Of a stretch of DNA of 64,000 bases, positions 1-11,300 are shown piece by piece. Numbering within the stretch: position 1 is the stretch's first letter; each line of letters begins with the position of its first letter. The notes beneath the pieces are model-generated. The model ran no database searches and was not told the origin of the DNA. It worked only from the letters and a program-made list of their open reading frames with translations. The position numbers were made by a program, and so were the translations under genes. Origin of the DNA: an uncultured Verrucomicrobiota bacterium (GTDB taxonomy: Bacteria > Verrucomicrobiota > Kiritimatiellia > CAIQIC01 > Lenti-01); contig CAZYGH010000016.1 in NCBI GenBank assembly GCA_964647595.1, positions 16,368-80,367 of the forward strand, read 5' to 3'.

Positions 1-3000
1 CGATATTCCACCGTGGCACCCCACACATTGGTAATGGCGGAAGCCGAGCTGGCCACATTCGTCCAGACACTACCTTCCTTCTTCTGCCACTGCCACGTCA
101 CCGAACCGGAGACATTGGACGCACTGGCGCTCAACACGCTGGATACGCTCTGCGTCACGGTCGAAGGCGTGAACGCCACCGTCACGACGGGTTGTACCAC
201 CGTCAAGGTCGCCTGCACCCAAGCACTTGTGGAGTTGAAGCTGTCCACCGCCTGCACACGATAGTCCACGCTACCATCCCACTGATTCGTAATGACGGGG
301 TCTGTCTCGCTGCGGGCAGACCATTCCCCGCCAGGCGAATATCGCCACTGCTGGAAGTAGGTGTACGTTCCGTAACCATTGGTGGCAACGGCCGTCAGCA
401 CGGAATTCGACCCGCGCAACACATTGGTTGGCGAGAAGGCCACGGACACCGAAATTTCCGACGCCATCACCGTCAGCGTGGCCGCCGCGCTCCACTCACT
501 GGTCACGCTGTTGGCGTCAATCGTCCGCGCACGGTAATCCACATCAAACGGCCAGATATTGGTAATCGCCGAGGTGGTATCCGGCTGATTCGTCCACACG
601 CCATCCACTAGGCGCTGCCATTCATAGGCGACGGTTCCAGACGCATACTGCACGCTGGCGCTGACCACGCTCGACATGCGTTGAGTCACGGTCGAGGGCG
701 AGAACGAAGCGGTGACGAGAGGTTGCACCACTCCCAGAGTTGCCGCCGAGCTCCACGCACTGGTGGAATTGAAACTATCCACCACCTTCACTCGATAGTT
801 CACGCTTTCCGCCCAGACGTTGGTCACGACGGCATCGGAATAATCTGAAGAAGACCACTCCACATCCCCGGTGCGCTTCCACTCGTAGCTGTAGCTATAC
901 GGGGCCGTGCCATTGCTGACCACAGCCGTCAGCACGGAATTGGAACCGTTCCAAACATTGGTCGGCGAGAAGGACACGCTGGCGGAGATGATCGAGGGCA
1001 TGACCGTCAAGGTCGCGGCCGAACTCCACTCGCTCGTCACGCTGTTGGCATCGATCGTCCGGGCGCGGTACTCAATGGTGGAGCCCCACACGTTGGTGAT
1101 GGCCGCGCCGGTGTCGGCCACGTTGGTCCACGTAGCGCCAACCTTCTTCTGCCATTGATAGGTCAACGGACCCGTTGCATTCGTCACAGCTGCGGCCAGA
1201 ACGCTTGAAACGCTCTGGGTCACCGTCGAGGGAGAGAAGGCCACGGTCACTTCGGGTTGCAACACGGTCAGGGTGGCCATCGTCCATGCGCTTGTGGATT
1301 GGAAGCTATCCACCACCCGCACACGGAAGTCGACATTAGATGCCCAAGCGTAGGTGGTCACGGGAGACGTGGCGCTCGACGACATCCAATTGGTTGCCCC
1401 ATCGCTCCAGCGCCACTGGTAGGCATACGCATAGGGAGCCGTCCCGTTCGTCGGAACAGCCGTCATGGTGCTCTCCACGCCGCGAATCACATTGGTCGGA
1501 GAGAAACTCAGGCCTGCCGCAATCGCCGAAGGCAACACCGTCAGCGTGGCCGAAGCCCAATCACTCGTCACACTATTATCATCGGTGCTACGAACGCGGT
1601 ATTCGATCGTCTCAGGCCAGACGTTGGTGATGGCACTTGCCGTATTGGTCACACTCGTCCAGACGCTACCCACCTTCTTTTGCCACTCGTAGGTCACAGC
1701 ACCCGTCACGTTGCTCGCGCTCACGCTCAACACGCTCGCCACACTCTGCGTCACGGTCGACGGATTGAATCCAACGGTCAGCACAGGTTGCACCACCGTC
1801 AACGACGCCAGCGCCCATGCGCTGGTGGAATTGAAGCTATCCACCGCCTGCACACGATAATCCACGCTGGCATCCCACCGATTGGTCACGATTGGATCGA
1901 TCTCGCTCCTCGCAGACCATTCCCCGCTGGGCGAATACCGCCACTGCTGGAAGTATGTATAGGTTCCGTAGCCATTGGTGGCGACGGCCGTCAGTACAGA
2001 ATCCAATCCGCGCAACACATTGGTCGGCGCAAAGGCCAACTGCACAGCAATTGCAGAGGGCAAAACCGTCAGCGTGGCCGCCGAGCTCCATTCGCTGGTC
2101 ACATTGTTGGCGTCAATAGTCCGCGCACGATAGTCCACATCGGACGGCCACGTGTTCGTGATGGCCGATGTTGTGTCGGGCTGATTCGTCCAAACGCCGT
2201 TCACAAGCCGTTGCCACTCGTAGGCAACAGGCAGGCTCGCAAATGACACGGCAGCGCTAACCACGCTCGATATGCGCTGAGTCACTGTCGCAGGCGAGAA
2301 CGAGGCAATCACCTGAGGCTGAATGACCGTCACGGTCCCCACAGAACTCCACGCGCTGGTTGAATTGAAGCTGTCAATTACCTTCACGCGATAATCCGTA
2401 CTGGATTGCCACAGATTGGTTACAACCGCATTCGAATAGCTGGATGAAGCCCAACTCACGTCTCCAGTCAACTTCGATTCATAGATGTACCGGAAAGGAG
2501 CCGTCCCGTTGCTGACCACGGTCGTCATCACGGAATTGGATCCGCGCCACATACTGGCCGGGGAGAAGGAGACGTACGCAGAGATGATCGAGGGCATCAC
2601 GGTCAGCGTAGCCGCCGTGCTCCACTCACTGGTCACGTTGTTGGAATCGATCGTCCGCGCACGGTACTCAATGGTGGAACCCCACACATTGGTGATCGCC
2701 GCACCCGTATCGGTCACGTTCGTCCAAACTGCACCCACCTTCTTCTGCCATTGGTAGGTCAGCGAGCCGGTCGTATTCGTCACAGTGGCGGCCAGAACGC
2801 TGGACACGCTCTGGGTCACCGTCGAGGGAGAGAAGGCCACGGTCACTTCGGGTTGCAACACGGTCAGGGTGGCCATGGTCCACGAGCTCGTGGACTTGAA
2901 GCTGTCCACCACCCGCACGCGGAAGTCGACATTCGACGACCATGCATACGTGGTCACCGGCGAGGTCGAACTGTGAGGCAACCAATTGGTTGATCCATCC

Positions 3001-6000
3001 GTCCAACGCCACTGATAGGAATAGGTATAGGGTGCCGTACCATTGGTCGGTACCGTCGTCAAGGCACTCTCCACGCCGCGAACCACGCTCGTCGGGGAGA
3101 AACTCAACCCCGCTGCAATGGCGGAGGGCATGACGGTCAGAGTGGCGGTGGCCCAATCGCTGGTCACGGCATTTTCATCCACGCTACGAACGCGATAATC
3201 CACCGTGGAAGGCCAGACATTCGTGATCGAGCTTTCCGTATTGGTCACGCTCGTCCAGACGCTACCCACTTTCTTGCTCCACTCATACGTGACAGCACCG
3301 GTCACATTGGAAGCGCTGACACTCAATACGCTCACTTGACTCTGCGTCACCACGGAAGGTGTGAATCCCACCGTCAGCACCGGCTGCACCACGGACAAGG
3401 AGGCCAAAGCCCAGGCGCTGGTCGAGTTGAAGGTGTCGACCGCTTGCACACGATAATCCACGCTTCCATCCCACCGATTGGTGAACACGGCAGGAATGGT
3501 GCTCTTGGCGGACCACTCGCCCGCAGGAGAATAGCGCCACTGATGGTAATACGTGTAGCTTCCATATCCATTCGAAGCCACAGACGTCAGCACGGACTCG
3601 AACCCTCGCAACACGTTGGTCGGAGAGAACGACAGGCTCATCGCAATCGCCGACGGCAACACCGTCAGGGTGGCGGTTCCACTCCAAGGACTGGTCACGC
3701 TGTTGGCATCGATGCTTCGCGCACGATAATCCACATCCGTGGCCCATACATTGGTGATGGCGGAATCCGTCCCGGCCATGTTCACCCAATTTCCATCCAT
3801 CAGCCGTTGCCACTGGTAGGTCACGGGGGCGGTCGCATTGGTGACGGTCGCACTCAACACGCTCGAATGGCTCTGCGTCACCACGGAAGGCGAGAAAGTC
3901 AAACTCACTTCGGGCTGACGAATCTGTAGCGTGGCCGCCGCGCTCCAAGCACTGGTCGAATTGAAACTATCGACGACTTGTACGCGATAATCCACGTTCG
4001 AAGCCCACGCATTCGTCACAATGGGTGTCGTATAGGATGCCGATGCCCACTCACCGGTGATGCCACTCCAGCGCCATTGGTAGGCATAGGTATAGGGAGC
4101 TGTTCCATTTGTCGGAACAGCCGTCATCACGCTATTCACACCACGAACCACATTGGTCGGGTCGAACGAAAGTGTTGCCGCAATTTCCGACCCCATCACC
4201 GTCAACGTAGCCGAATCGCTCCACGCGCTGAGCAACCCGTTTGTATCCAGGCTGCGGGCACGATATTCAATCGTGGACGGCCACACCTTGGTAATCGTGT
4301 CTTCGACATTGGTGATGCTGGTCCAAATACTACCCGCCTTGTACTGCCATTGGAAGGTGGGCGACCCAAGCACATTCGTCGAGGTTGCCGTCAGCACGCT
4401 GACCTGACTCTGCGTCACCACGGAAGGACTGAACGCCACCGTCACCGCAGGCTGCAACACGGTCAGGGAAGCTTCTGCCCAGGCGCTTGTCGAATTAAAG
4501 GTGTCCACCACGCGAACACGGAAGTCCACGCTGGATGTCCAGCGGTTGGTTCGTTCCGGCGTATTCAGGGTTGTCGAAGTCCACGTGCCCGTGCTACCCC
4601 AACGCCACTGATAAGAATAACTATAGGGCGCCGTTCCATTGGTGGGAACAGCCGCCAAAACGCTCTGTTCGCCATTTAGCACCGTGCTCGGTGTGAAGGA
4701 CAAGCTCGCCGAAATCGCGGAGGGCAACACAATCAGTGTGGCTGAAGCCCAATCACTCATTGTTCCATTTTCATCCACGCTACGAACGCGATATTCCACC
4801 GTGGAGGGCCACACATCGGTGATCGATGAGTTGGTTTCCGTCACACTCGTCCACGACGCGCCCACCTTTTTCTGCCACTGATAGGTCACCGCGCCGATTG
4901 CATTGGTCACGCTCGCGCTGACCACGCTCGACTGGCTCTGCGTCACGGTCGTCGGGGTGAATCCCACCGTCACAACCGGCTGAACCACCGTCAACGCTGC
5001 CACACTGCTCCATTCGCTGGTTGCGCTAAAGCTGTCCACCGCACGCACGCGGAATTCGATGTTGGATGTCCACTTGTAGGTGGTTTCTGCCGTGGTGAAC
5101 GTGGCCGCGGTCCAATTGGTCACTCCGGTCCAGCGCCATTGATACGAATACGTATAGGGCGCGGTTCCATCGGTTGCCACCGCTGTCAACACACTTTCCA
5201 CACCGCGAAGGACATTGCTCGGCGCAAATGAAAGGCTCGCCGAAAGCGACGAAGGCAACACGGTCAACGTGGCGGCCGAGCTCCATTCGCTGGTCACGCC
5301 GCTGGCCACGCTCCGGGCGCGATAATCCACCGTGGCGGGCCAAATGTTGGTGATGGAGGAATCGGTTTCCACCACATTCGTCCAAACGGTTCCCACCTTT
5401 TTCTGCCACTGATACGTGGCTTCGCCGATGGCATTCGTCACCGTTGCACTCACCACGCTCGACTGCCCCTGCGTCACACTCGTCGGCGAGAAGCTGACCG
5501 TCACAACGGGTTGAGCAACCGTCAACGTGGCTTCCGCCCAATCGCTGGTCGCACTGAACGCATCCACCGCACGAACACGGAAATCGACACTGGATGACCA
5601 ACGGTTGGTCCTGACGGGATCGGTTAAGGTCGTGGAGCTCCAGGTACCCGTTCCGCTATATCGCCATTGATAGGTGTACGTGTACGGAGCCATTCCGTTC
5701 GTGGCAGAAGCTGTCAAAACGCTTTCTTCGCTACGAATCACATTGCTCGGATTGAACGACAAGCTAGCCGAAATGGCCGAAGGCAACACGGTCAACAAAG
5801 CGGCCTCGCTCCAATCACTCGTCACGCTGTTGGCATCTACGCTACGCGCACGAAATTCCACACTGGATTTCCAGGTGTTGGTTCTCTCGGGATCGGTGAA
5901 CGCCGCCGAACTCCACGTTGCCCCGCCGGGCAAACGCCATTGATAAGAATACGTATAAGGTCCTGTTCCGTTCGTCGTCACGGCGCTGAGAACGCTGGGC

Positions 6001-6850
6001 TCGCTCTGGTTGACAGTCGCCGGAGAGAAGGCCACGGTCACCGTCGGTTGCACCACGATCAACGTGGCGGCTTCGCTCCACGCGCTGGTGGACTTGAAGC
6101 TATCGACCGCCCGAACGCGAAAATCAACGCTGGACGTCCAAGCGTTGGTTCGGGCGGGTTCCGCAAATGTCGTGGAGCTCCACGCTCCAGTTCCCGTATA
6201 GCGCCATTGATAGGTATAGGTGAAGGGGGATGTTCCATCGGTGACAACGGATTGCAAAACGCTGGACTCGCCGCGCAAGACGGTCGAAGGAGTAAATGAA
6301 AGCGAAGCGGCAATGGCAGAAGGCAACACGGTCAGAGTGGCGGGAGCGCTCCAATCGCTGGTCACGCTGTTGGCATCCACACTACGAACGCGAAAATCAA
6401 CCGTGGATTTCCACTTGTTGGTTTTCACTGGATCCGAATACGGCGCATTCGCCCAAGCGCTTGTAGCGTTGGCGCGCCATTGGTAAGTCAAGGTGAAGGG
6501 AGCCGTTCCGTTCGTCACAACTCCGCGCAACACGCTCTCCTGACTCTGCACGACCTCGGCCGGCGTGAACGACACCGAAGCCACCGGCTGCAGTACCGTC
6601 AACGTGGCTTCCGACCAAGCGCTGGTGGCACTCAGACTGTCCACCACGCGAACGCGGAAATCCACGCTGGATGTCCATCGATTGGTCCTCTCTGGCGTGT
6701 TCAAGGAAGTGGACGACCACGTTCCCGTTCCGGTTAGCCGCCACTGATACGTGTAGGTGTAGGGTCCGGTGCCATTCGCGGCGGTCGCCGCCATCACACT
6801 CGACTCACCGCGCACAACCGTGCTCGGCGAGAAGGAAAGGCTAACCGTTT
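1..6850. repeat. Intragenic tandem domain array: five type-A domains, then alternating B/A pairs (~532 bp period) with a 1596 bp super-period
   Basis: QW codons recur about every 266 bp. B-type domains at ~87, 619, 1152, 1682, 2215, 2748, 3281, 3811, 4347, 4875 and 5405. A 70 bp exact match links 1211-1280 and 2807-2876. Confidence 0.9.
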
Positions 6851-6956
6851 GTGCCAGTGCCGGAGAGGATACGGCAAGCGCTACACATACTAGCGCTAAG
6901 AAAAGCCCCAAACTCCAACGTCCTGTCCCACTTTGAACCCACTGACTATTTTTCAT
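1..6956 (-). CDS. Giant secreted Ig-like/PKD-like repeat surface protein (>=2318 aa, 3' end beyond the window edge; not in the ORF track)
   Basis: ATG at 6956 reads MKNSQWVQSGTGRWSLGLFLALVCVALAVSSPALA-QTVSLSFSP (signal peptide). The same frame reads ...TNVWGATVEYR at the left edge, and the ORF track lists no stop-terminated ORF in this frame. About 26 Ser/Thr/Val/Trp-rich domains of ~88 aa (motifs YQWR/YQWQKK, TNxW, V[DE][FY]RVR.VD, S.W...TLTV). Confidence 0.9.
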   Translation of the reverse strand, partial: MKNSQWVQSGTGRWSLGLFLALVCVALAVSSPALAQTVSLSFSPSTVVRGESSVMAATAANGTGPYTYTYQWRLTGTGTWSSTSLNTPERTNRWTSSVDFRVRVVDSLSATSAWSEATLTVLQPVASVSFTPAEVVQSQESVLRGVVTNGTAPFTLTYQWRANATSAWANAPYSDPVKTNKWKSTVDFRVRSVDANSVTSDWSAPATLTVLPSAIAASLSFTPSTVLRGESSVLQSVVTDGTSPFTYTYQWRYTGTGAWSSTTFAEPARTNAWTSSVDFRVRAVDSFKSTSAWSEAATLIVVQPTVTVAFSPATVNQSEPSVLSAVTTNGTGPYTYSYQWRLPGGATWSSAAFTDPERTNTWKSSVEFRARSVDANSVTSDWSEAALLTVLPSAISASLSFNPSNVIRSEESVLTASATNGMAPYTYTYQWRYSGTGTWSSTTLTDPVRTNRWSSSVDFRVRAVDAFSATSDWAEATLTVAQPVVTVSFSPTSVTQGQSSVVSATVTNAIGEATYQWQKKVGTVWTNVVETDSSITNIWPATVDYRARSVASGVTSEWSSAATLTVLPSSLSASLSFAPSNVLRGVESVLTAVATDGTAPYTYSYQWRWTGVTNWTAATFTTAETTYKWTSNIEFRVRAVDSFSATSEWSSVAALTVVQPVVTVGFTPTTVTQSQSSVVSASVTNAIGAVTYQWQKKVGASWTSVTETNSSITDVWPSTVEYRVRSVDENGTMSDWASATLIVLPSAISASLSFTPSTVLNGEQSVLAAVPTNGTAPYSYSYQWRWGSTGTWTSTTLNTPERTNRWTSSVDFRVRVVDTFNSTSAWAEASLTVLQPAVTVAFSPSVVTQSQVSVLTATSTNVLGSPTFQWQYKAGSIWTSITNVEDTITKVWPSTIEYRARSLDTNGLLSAWSDSATLTVMGSEIAATLSFDPTNVVRGVNSVMTAVPTNGTAPYTYAYQWRWSGITGEWASASYTTPIVTNAWASNVDYRVQVVDSFNSTSAWSAAATLQIRQPEVSLTFSPSVVTQSHSSVLSATVTNATAPVTYQWQRLMDGNWVNMAGTDSAITNVWATDVDYRARSIDANSVTSPWSGTATLTVLPSAIAMSLSFSPTNVLRGFESVLTSVASNGYGSYTYYHQWRYSPAGEWSAKSTIPAVFTNRWDGSVDYRVQAVDTFNSTSAWALASLSVVQPVLTVGFTPSVVTQSQVSVLSVSASNVTGAVTYEWSKKVGSVWTSVTNTESSITNVWPSTVDYRVRSVDENAVTSDWATATLTVMPSAIAAGLSFSPTSVVRGVESALTTVPTNGTAPYTYSYQWRWTDGSTNWLPHSSTSPVTTYAWSSNVDFRVRVVDSFKSTSSWTMATLTVLQPEVTVAFSPSTVTQSVSSVLAATVTNTTGSLTYQWQKKVGAVWTNVTDTGAAITNVWGSTIEYRARTIDSNNVTSEWSTAATLTVMPSIISAYVSFSPASMWRGSNSVMTTVVSNGTAPFRYIYESKLTGDVSWASSSYSNAVVTNLWQSSTDYRVKVIDSFNSTSAWSSVGTVTVIQPQVIASFSPATVTQRISSVVSAAVSFASLPVAYEWQRLVNGVWTNQPDTTSAITNTWPSDVDYRARTIDANNVTSEWSSAATLTVLPSAIAVQLAFAPTNVLRGLDSVLTAVATNGYGTYTYFQQWRYSPSGEWSARSEIDPIVTNRWDASVDYRVQAVDSFNSTSAWALASLTVVQPVLTVGFNPSTVTQSVASVLSVSASNVTGAVTYEWQKKVGSVWTSVTNTASAITNVWPETIEYRVRSTDDNSVTSDWASATLTVLPSAIAAGLSFSPTNVIRGVESTMTAVPTNGTAPYAYAYQWRWSDGATNWMSSSATSPVTTYAWASNVDFRVRVVDSFQSTSAWTMATLTVLQPEVTVAFSPSTVTQSVSSVLAAAVTNATGPLTYQWQKKVGATWTNVADTGAAITNVWGSTIEYRARTIDANSVTSEWSSAATLTVMPSIISASVSFSPTNVWNGSNSVLTAVVSNGTAPYSYSYEWKRTGDVEWSSSDYSDAVVTNVWAESVNYRVKVVDSFNSTSAWSSAATLGVVQPLVTASFSPSTVTQRMSSVVSASVQYASGTVAYEWQRLVDGVWTNQPDTTSAITNIWPFDVDYRARTIDANSVTSEWSAAATLTVMASEISVSVAFSPTNVLRGSNSVLTAVATNGYGTYTYFQQWRYSPGGEWSARSETDPVITNQWDGSVDYRVQAVDSFNSTSAWVQATLTVVQPVVTVAFTPSTVTQSVSSVLSASASNVSGSVTWQWQKKEGSVWTNVASSASAITNVWGATVEY

Positions 6957-7283
6957 TTTTTGCTCTCCGTGACGCGATCCTTGCGAATTATACTCACACG
7001 ACACATCCCTGTGTCCAATACTTATCGGCCATTTATTTAAATTCCTATACTGTTTTATTTCAGGCTCTTCTAAAGACGCCTTTCAAACGAAAAAGGGGCA
7101 AATTTTTCCACACAAACAACGCGAATCGGACATAACGGGTTCGCAGAAAAAATGTTAAGTTGAATCTTCCCCCAATAGGGCTCTTTCCATATTCGGGAAG
7201 CCGAATTCCCCCTTCGGCGATCCCTCCCCCTCCACCTCCACCCGGTCAGGCCAAAGCATAAGGGTTTCAGTGTCACGCTGTTC

Positions 7284-8336
7284 CTACTTTCTAGCTTCAA
7301 CGTAAAGAGATGCAGTCGGCCTGGTTTTGTCGAAAATCTTTGTATTCCGCAGCGGTGGAGCGAAGCTTTGACCATAGCCCGAGCGAAATACTTCTCGAAA
7401 CCCGACCTCCAACAGGGCACGACTCATTTTTTCATAGCTCCACCAACTGATATGGCTGGAGGGGCCCTGCCGTTGCAAATCTGGATTGCACCGACTGGAG
7501 CAATAATTCAGCGCTTCATTCATCGGCAACGTCGAAAACAACTCGTCCACCTGTTCATCCCCGATCCGCTCGGTCGTGGAACTCACATGCAGAGTCGAGA
7601 CATGGCTGGCAAATCGCCACAAAAACAACTGCTGAATCGACGCTTGGTTTAAGGGCCTGTTGAACAAATGCTCAAAGTTGCCCGGACGAGAATAAAAATC
7701 TCGCCATGAATAGTAAGACCAATCGCGATCTTGATAGGCCCGATATTCCAGCAGGATATCGGGAGTCGACGTGCGAAAATAGCCGCCGGGCTTCAAAATC
7801 CGAAACGCCTCCAGCAACACGTGCCGAACGCCTTCGTCCGGCAAATGCGATAGCGCATGACCGGAATAGACCAACTCGGCGCTGTCGTTTCCAACCGGAA
7901 AGGGCTCCCTTCTCAGCAGGTCCACATCAATGAATCCCGCATCCGCCCTCAAGGGATCACCCCATCCCGCAGCTCGATCCACCGCCGTCCAATAGGGATG
8001 CCAGAATTTTCCTGGCGCCAGGTTGTAGAAGCGACGAAAGCGCAGGCTTTCCTCAGGATAGCGACCCTCATAGGCCGCCTGATCGTCGGGTTCCCCGTTT
8101 TCATTGATCACAACGAGCGGGGCCGCCTTTGGCTTGACCATTGGAGGCGGCTTCGAAGGCAAAATTGGGCGCGCCAAGTCCACAATACCTTCCGAGGAAT
8201 CAATTTTTCTCACCAGGTACTGCGGTCCCATCGGAAAACCGAACCCATACGGCAATAAGCCGGGCTGTCGGCAAACGATTCGGCAGGAAAGTGTTTGACT
8301 GTAGGTTTGTGATTCCATCTTGTGTGCGCTTCTCAA
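7284..8336 (-). CDS. Class I SAM-dependent methyltransferase (Methyltransf_11-like); start codon uncertain
   Basis: DLLRREPFPVGNDSAELVYSGHALSHL...LLEAFRILKPGGYFR is the typical motif II/III region of type-11 methyltransferases. Confidence 0.7.
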   Translation of the reverse strand: MRSAHKMESQTYSQTLSCRIVCRQPGLLPYGFGFPMGPQYLVRKIDSSEGIVDLARPILPSKPPPMVKPKAAPLVVINENGEPDDQAAYEGRYPEESLRFRRFYNLAPGKFWHPYWTAVDRAAGWGDPLRADAGFIDVDLLRREPFPVGNDSAELVYSGHALSHLPDEGVRHVLLEAFRILKPGGYFRTSTPDILLEYRAYQDRDWSYYSWRDFYSRPGNFEHLFNRPLNQASIQQLFLWRFASHVSTLHVSSTTERIGDEQVDELFSTLPMNEALNYCSSRCNPDLQRQGPSSHISWWSYEKMSRALLEVGFREVFRSGYGQSFAPPLRNTKIFDKTRPTASLYVEARK

Positions 8337-8397
8337 AATCTATGGGTACGCACTTGTGGCTATCGGCAGTTTGAATTGAATCCTTAAGACTTCTCCT

Positions 8398-11300
8398 TTA
8401 TTCCGGTGGGGAGAACCAATTTGTGCCGTCGTGGGTTACCCAAATCGTGTAATAATTGGGTTGGCTCGGACTCAGCCCGGTGTGCTGGAAGACTTGATTT
8501 GTACCGCGATACAGCTCACTGCCGTCATTCGTTGTCGCCGGATAGGCGGAATCCGACGTGTGAAGCAAGACTTCAGACGACTGCATGCCGATGTTGGTGG
8601 GATTGATCCAGCGCAGATAGACGTTGTTGGTCAACGCCGTGGCCTGGAACCAAAATGCCTCATAGACACGATTCGTATAGACTCGTCCAAGCTGATTGTT
8701 ATCCAGCCGGATTTCCAGCATGGAGGGGCTACACACCGAATTGACATACGCGCGGAAGGTGTAGACCACCGCATTGGTGATCTGCGGGATATTCGCAAAC
8801 ACGACATTGGTCGCCTCGCCTATTCCCAGGATGCCCACCGTATTGGTCAAGTCCGACGCCTGCCCGCACGAGGCGGAGGTCGATCGGTTAAGCCAGCCCG
8901 ACAGCTTCACGGGTGCGGTACTGGCCGCCGTGCCGCGGTTGCTGACCGTCACCGTGGCTTGGAACGGCACATTCATCACCTGAATCCTAGACACCACCAG
9001 ATCCGGCAACGCCTCCGTTTCAATGGGCGTTCCCACTGCAAAAACGCCACCTTCATGTGCCCCGTCGACAGCCTGCACACCCCACACAAGCTGCGTGCCG
9101 GCCGGCAAATTCCGAAGCGTCCATTCGCGCCGATATTGTGCATTGCCCTTGGTTACGATCTTCCGCCGCCCCGTACTCAAGTCAGCGTGGGGACTCATCA
9201 CCGCCACCGGGTTGCTCGCCACTCCCACATACAAGTTATACGTCAGCGTGCTGGAAGGTGTGAAGTCGTCCGTGGCCGCACTCCAACTGAAAATCACCTC
9301 GTTGCCATTGGTCAATCGGGCGCTCAAGCCGCTAGGCGCACCCGGCGGTGCATTGGAAACGGGCGACAAATTTCGGAACACAGCGCTGGTGTAGCCGTTG
9401 GTGGCCAAACCGGAAACCGCCAAATCCAAATCGCCATCACGGTCGGCATCGGCCATGGCCATGCCCGAAATCCGCAAGCCGGGAATTTGCGTAGGCTGAA
9501 CGCCCAGCGTTCCATTGCGGTTGGTGTACACATTCACGGACCGCTTGTTGCTCTCGTTCTCGCCCGAGGTCACCAAATCTTGCCACCCGTTGTTGTCCAG
9601 GTCACCCCACTCGCAGTTTCCGAGCCACAGGGACGTCAGCACATCGGATGACCGGGTAAACAGCGTGGGGGTGCCCGTGAACCGATAAACTTCGCTAACC
9701 ATTCCGCTGTTACCATACCCGGTCTGCGCAAAATCAGGCCAGCCATCGTTGTTGTTATCGCCAAAGCTTAAACCGCCATAGGCCGACCCATTGACGCCTG
9801 CCAACGGATAATTCGTCAGCACACCCTCGATGTTCCGATACAAGCGCGCCGTCTTGCCCGTCCCCGTGTCGCCGGTCATGATCAGGGCCAGCCAGCCGCT
9901 CTTATCCATGTCCACCCATGAAATCTGCCCATTTTGCAGGGGGGCCAGATTGAAGTTCACCGATGTGAACCGCCGATTGCCATCGTTGCGATAGAGCTTG
10001 CTGACCGCCACTGTGCTTCCAAAGCCGGAGATGGCCAAATCCAAATCGCCATCGTTGTCGTAGTCGCCCCACGCCAATCCACCGCTGATGGTGCCCGTCA
10101 GGCTAACCGCCACCTCCACAAACGACCCGTCTTGCTGGTTGCGATAAATCTTGGTGACCGCCCCCGTTCCGCTCATGCCCGAAACCGCCAGATCAAGCCA
10201 GCCATCGTTGTCGCAATCGCCAAAGGCCATGTTTCCAGACTCCAGTCCAATCAGCCCCGCTTGCATATTGGTAAAAGCACCTCCACCCAGGTTCCGGTGA
10301 ATCTCGGTGAAGCGATTGGTTCCATCTGTGCCCAAAATCGCTAAGTCTAACAGTCCGTCGTTATCCACATCTCCCCATGCCAGAGAAGATCCCGCCAAGT
10401 CGCGGAAATTAGCGCGAGCGTTGATATACGGATTCGTTGCCGGACACGTTCCCTGAATGGCGAATTGATACAGTCCGTTCGTGTGATACGTATCGTCGCT
10501 GCCGATTTGCACCAACGCCCTTCGCGTATTCACCACGCTCGGGAAAAACTCGATTTCAAATTCAACCATCTCTCCCGGCTCGACAGAATCTACGGGTTGC
10601 TGCACCACCGTAAAATCGCTCGTGTGCTCGCCTGCGATGACCACCTGCGGCGTCCCCGTCAGCGTCAGCAAAAAACTTCCCGCATTGGTGATGGCAAATC
10701 GACGGCGCAGCGGCGTATTCCCATAGATTCCGAAGTCGGTACCCGTCGCCAGCGCCGGATTCGTGCTGCCATTGGCGATCCACGCCTTGTTGGTACCCAG
10801 TACCCGCATCTCCGATTGCAACCCATCGCCTCCCAACCAAAGCGCATACGGGTCGTCATCGGGATCATTGTTTTCCACAAAGAACAGCGTGCTGCGAATT
10901 CCCTTGGCCTGCGGATCAAAGCGAATTTCCAGCTCGGTCGATTCGCCCGGATTCACCACGGCGTTGGATGGCGCGGTGATCAATTCAAAATCATCCGCAT
11001 GTCCCCCCTGCGGCGAGACGCCGCTGATTTCCAGTGGCCCATCTCCCGCGTTGGAAAGCGTGAACACATGCGTCGTCACGCCCGTTCCCACGTGAACGCC
11101 ACCAAACCAAGCGCCGTTCTCCGCCGCCATATTCGGGTCGCCATTCACGATCACCTCGCCATTGGTGCCGATGATCTTCAGATCGGAAATCGGTAGACTC
11201 AAGGCGTTGATTCGCGTGGCCACAAACCGAACCCGTCGATCAATTTTGACCACCGGTCCCGACTCGGACGCATTCAAATCAAAGGCGATGTTGCTGACCG

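Noticed and set aside
13-6747. Dozens of short ORFs on both strands in the first 6.9 kb
   Set aside because: All are alternative frames of the single open minus-strand frame starting at 6956; their repetitiveness mirrors that gene.
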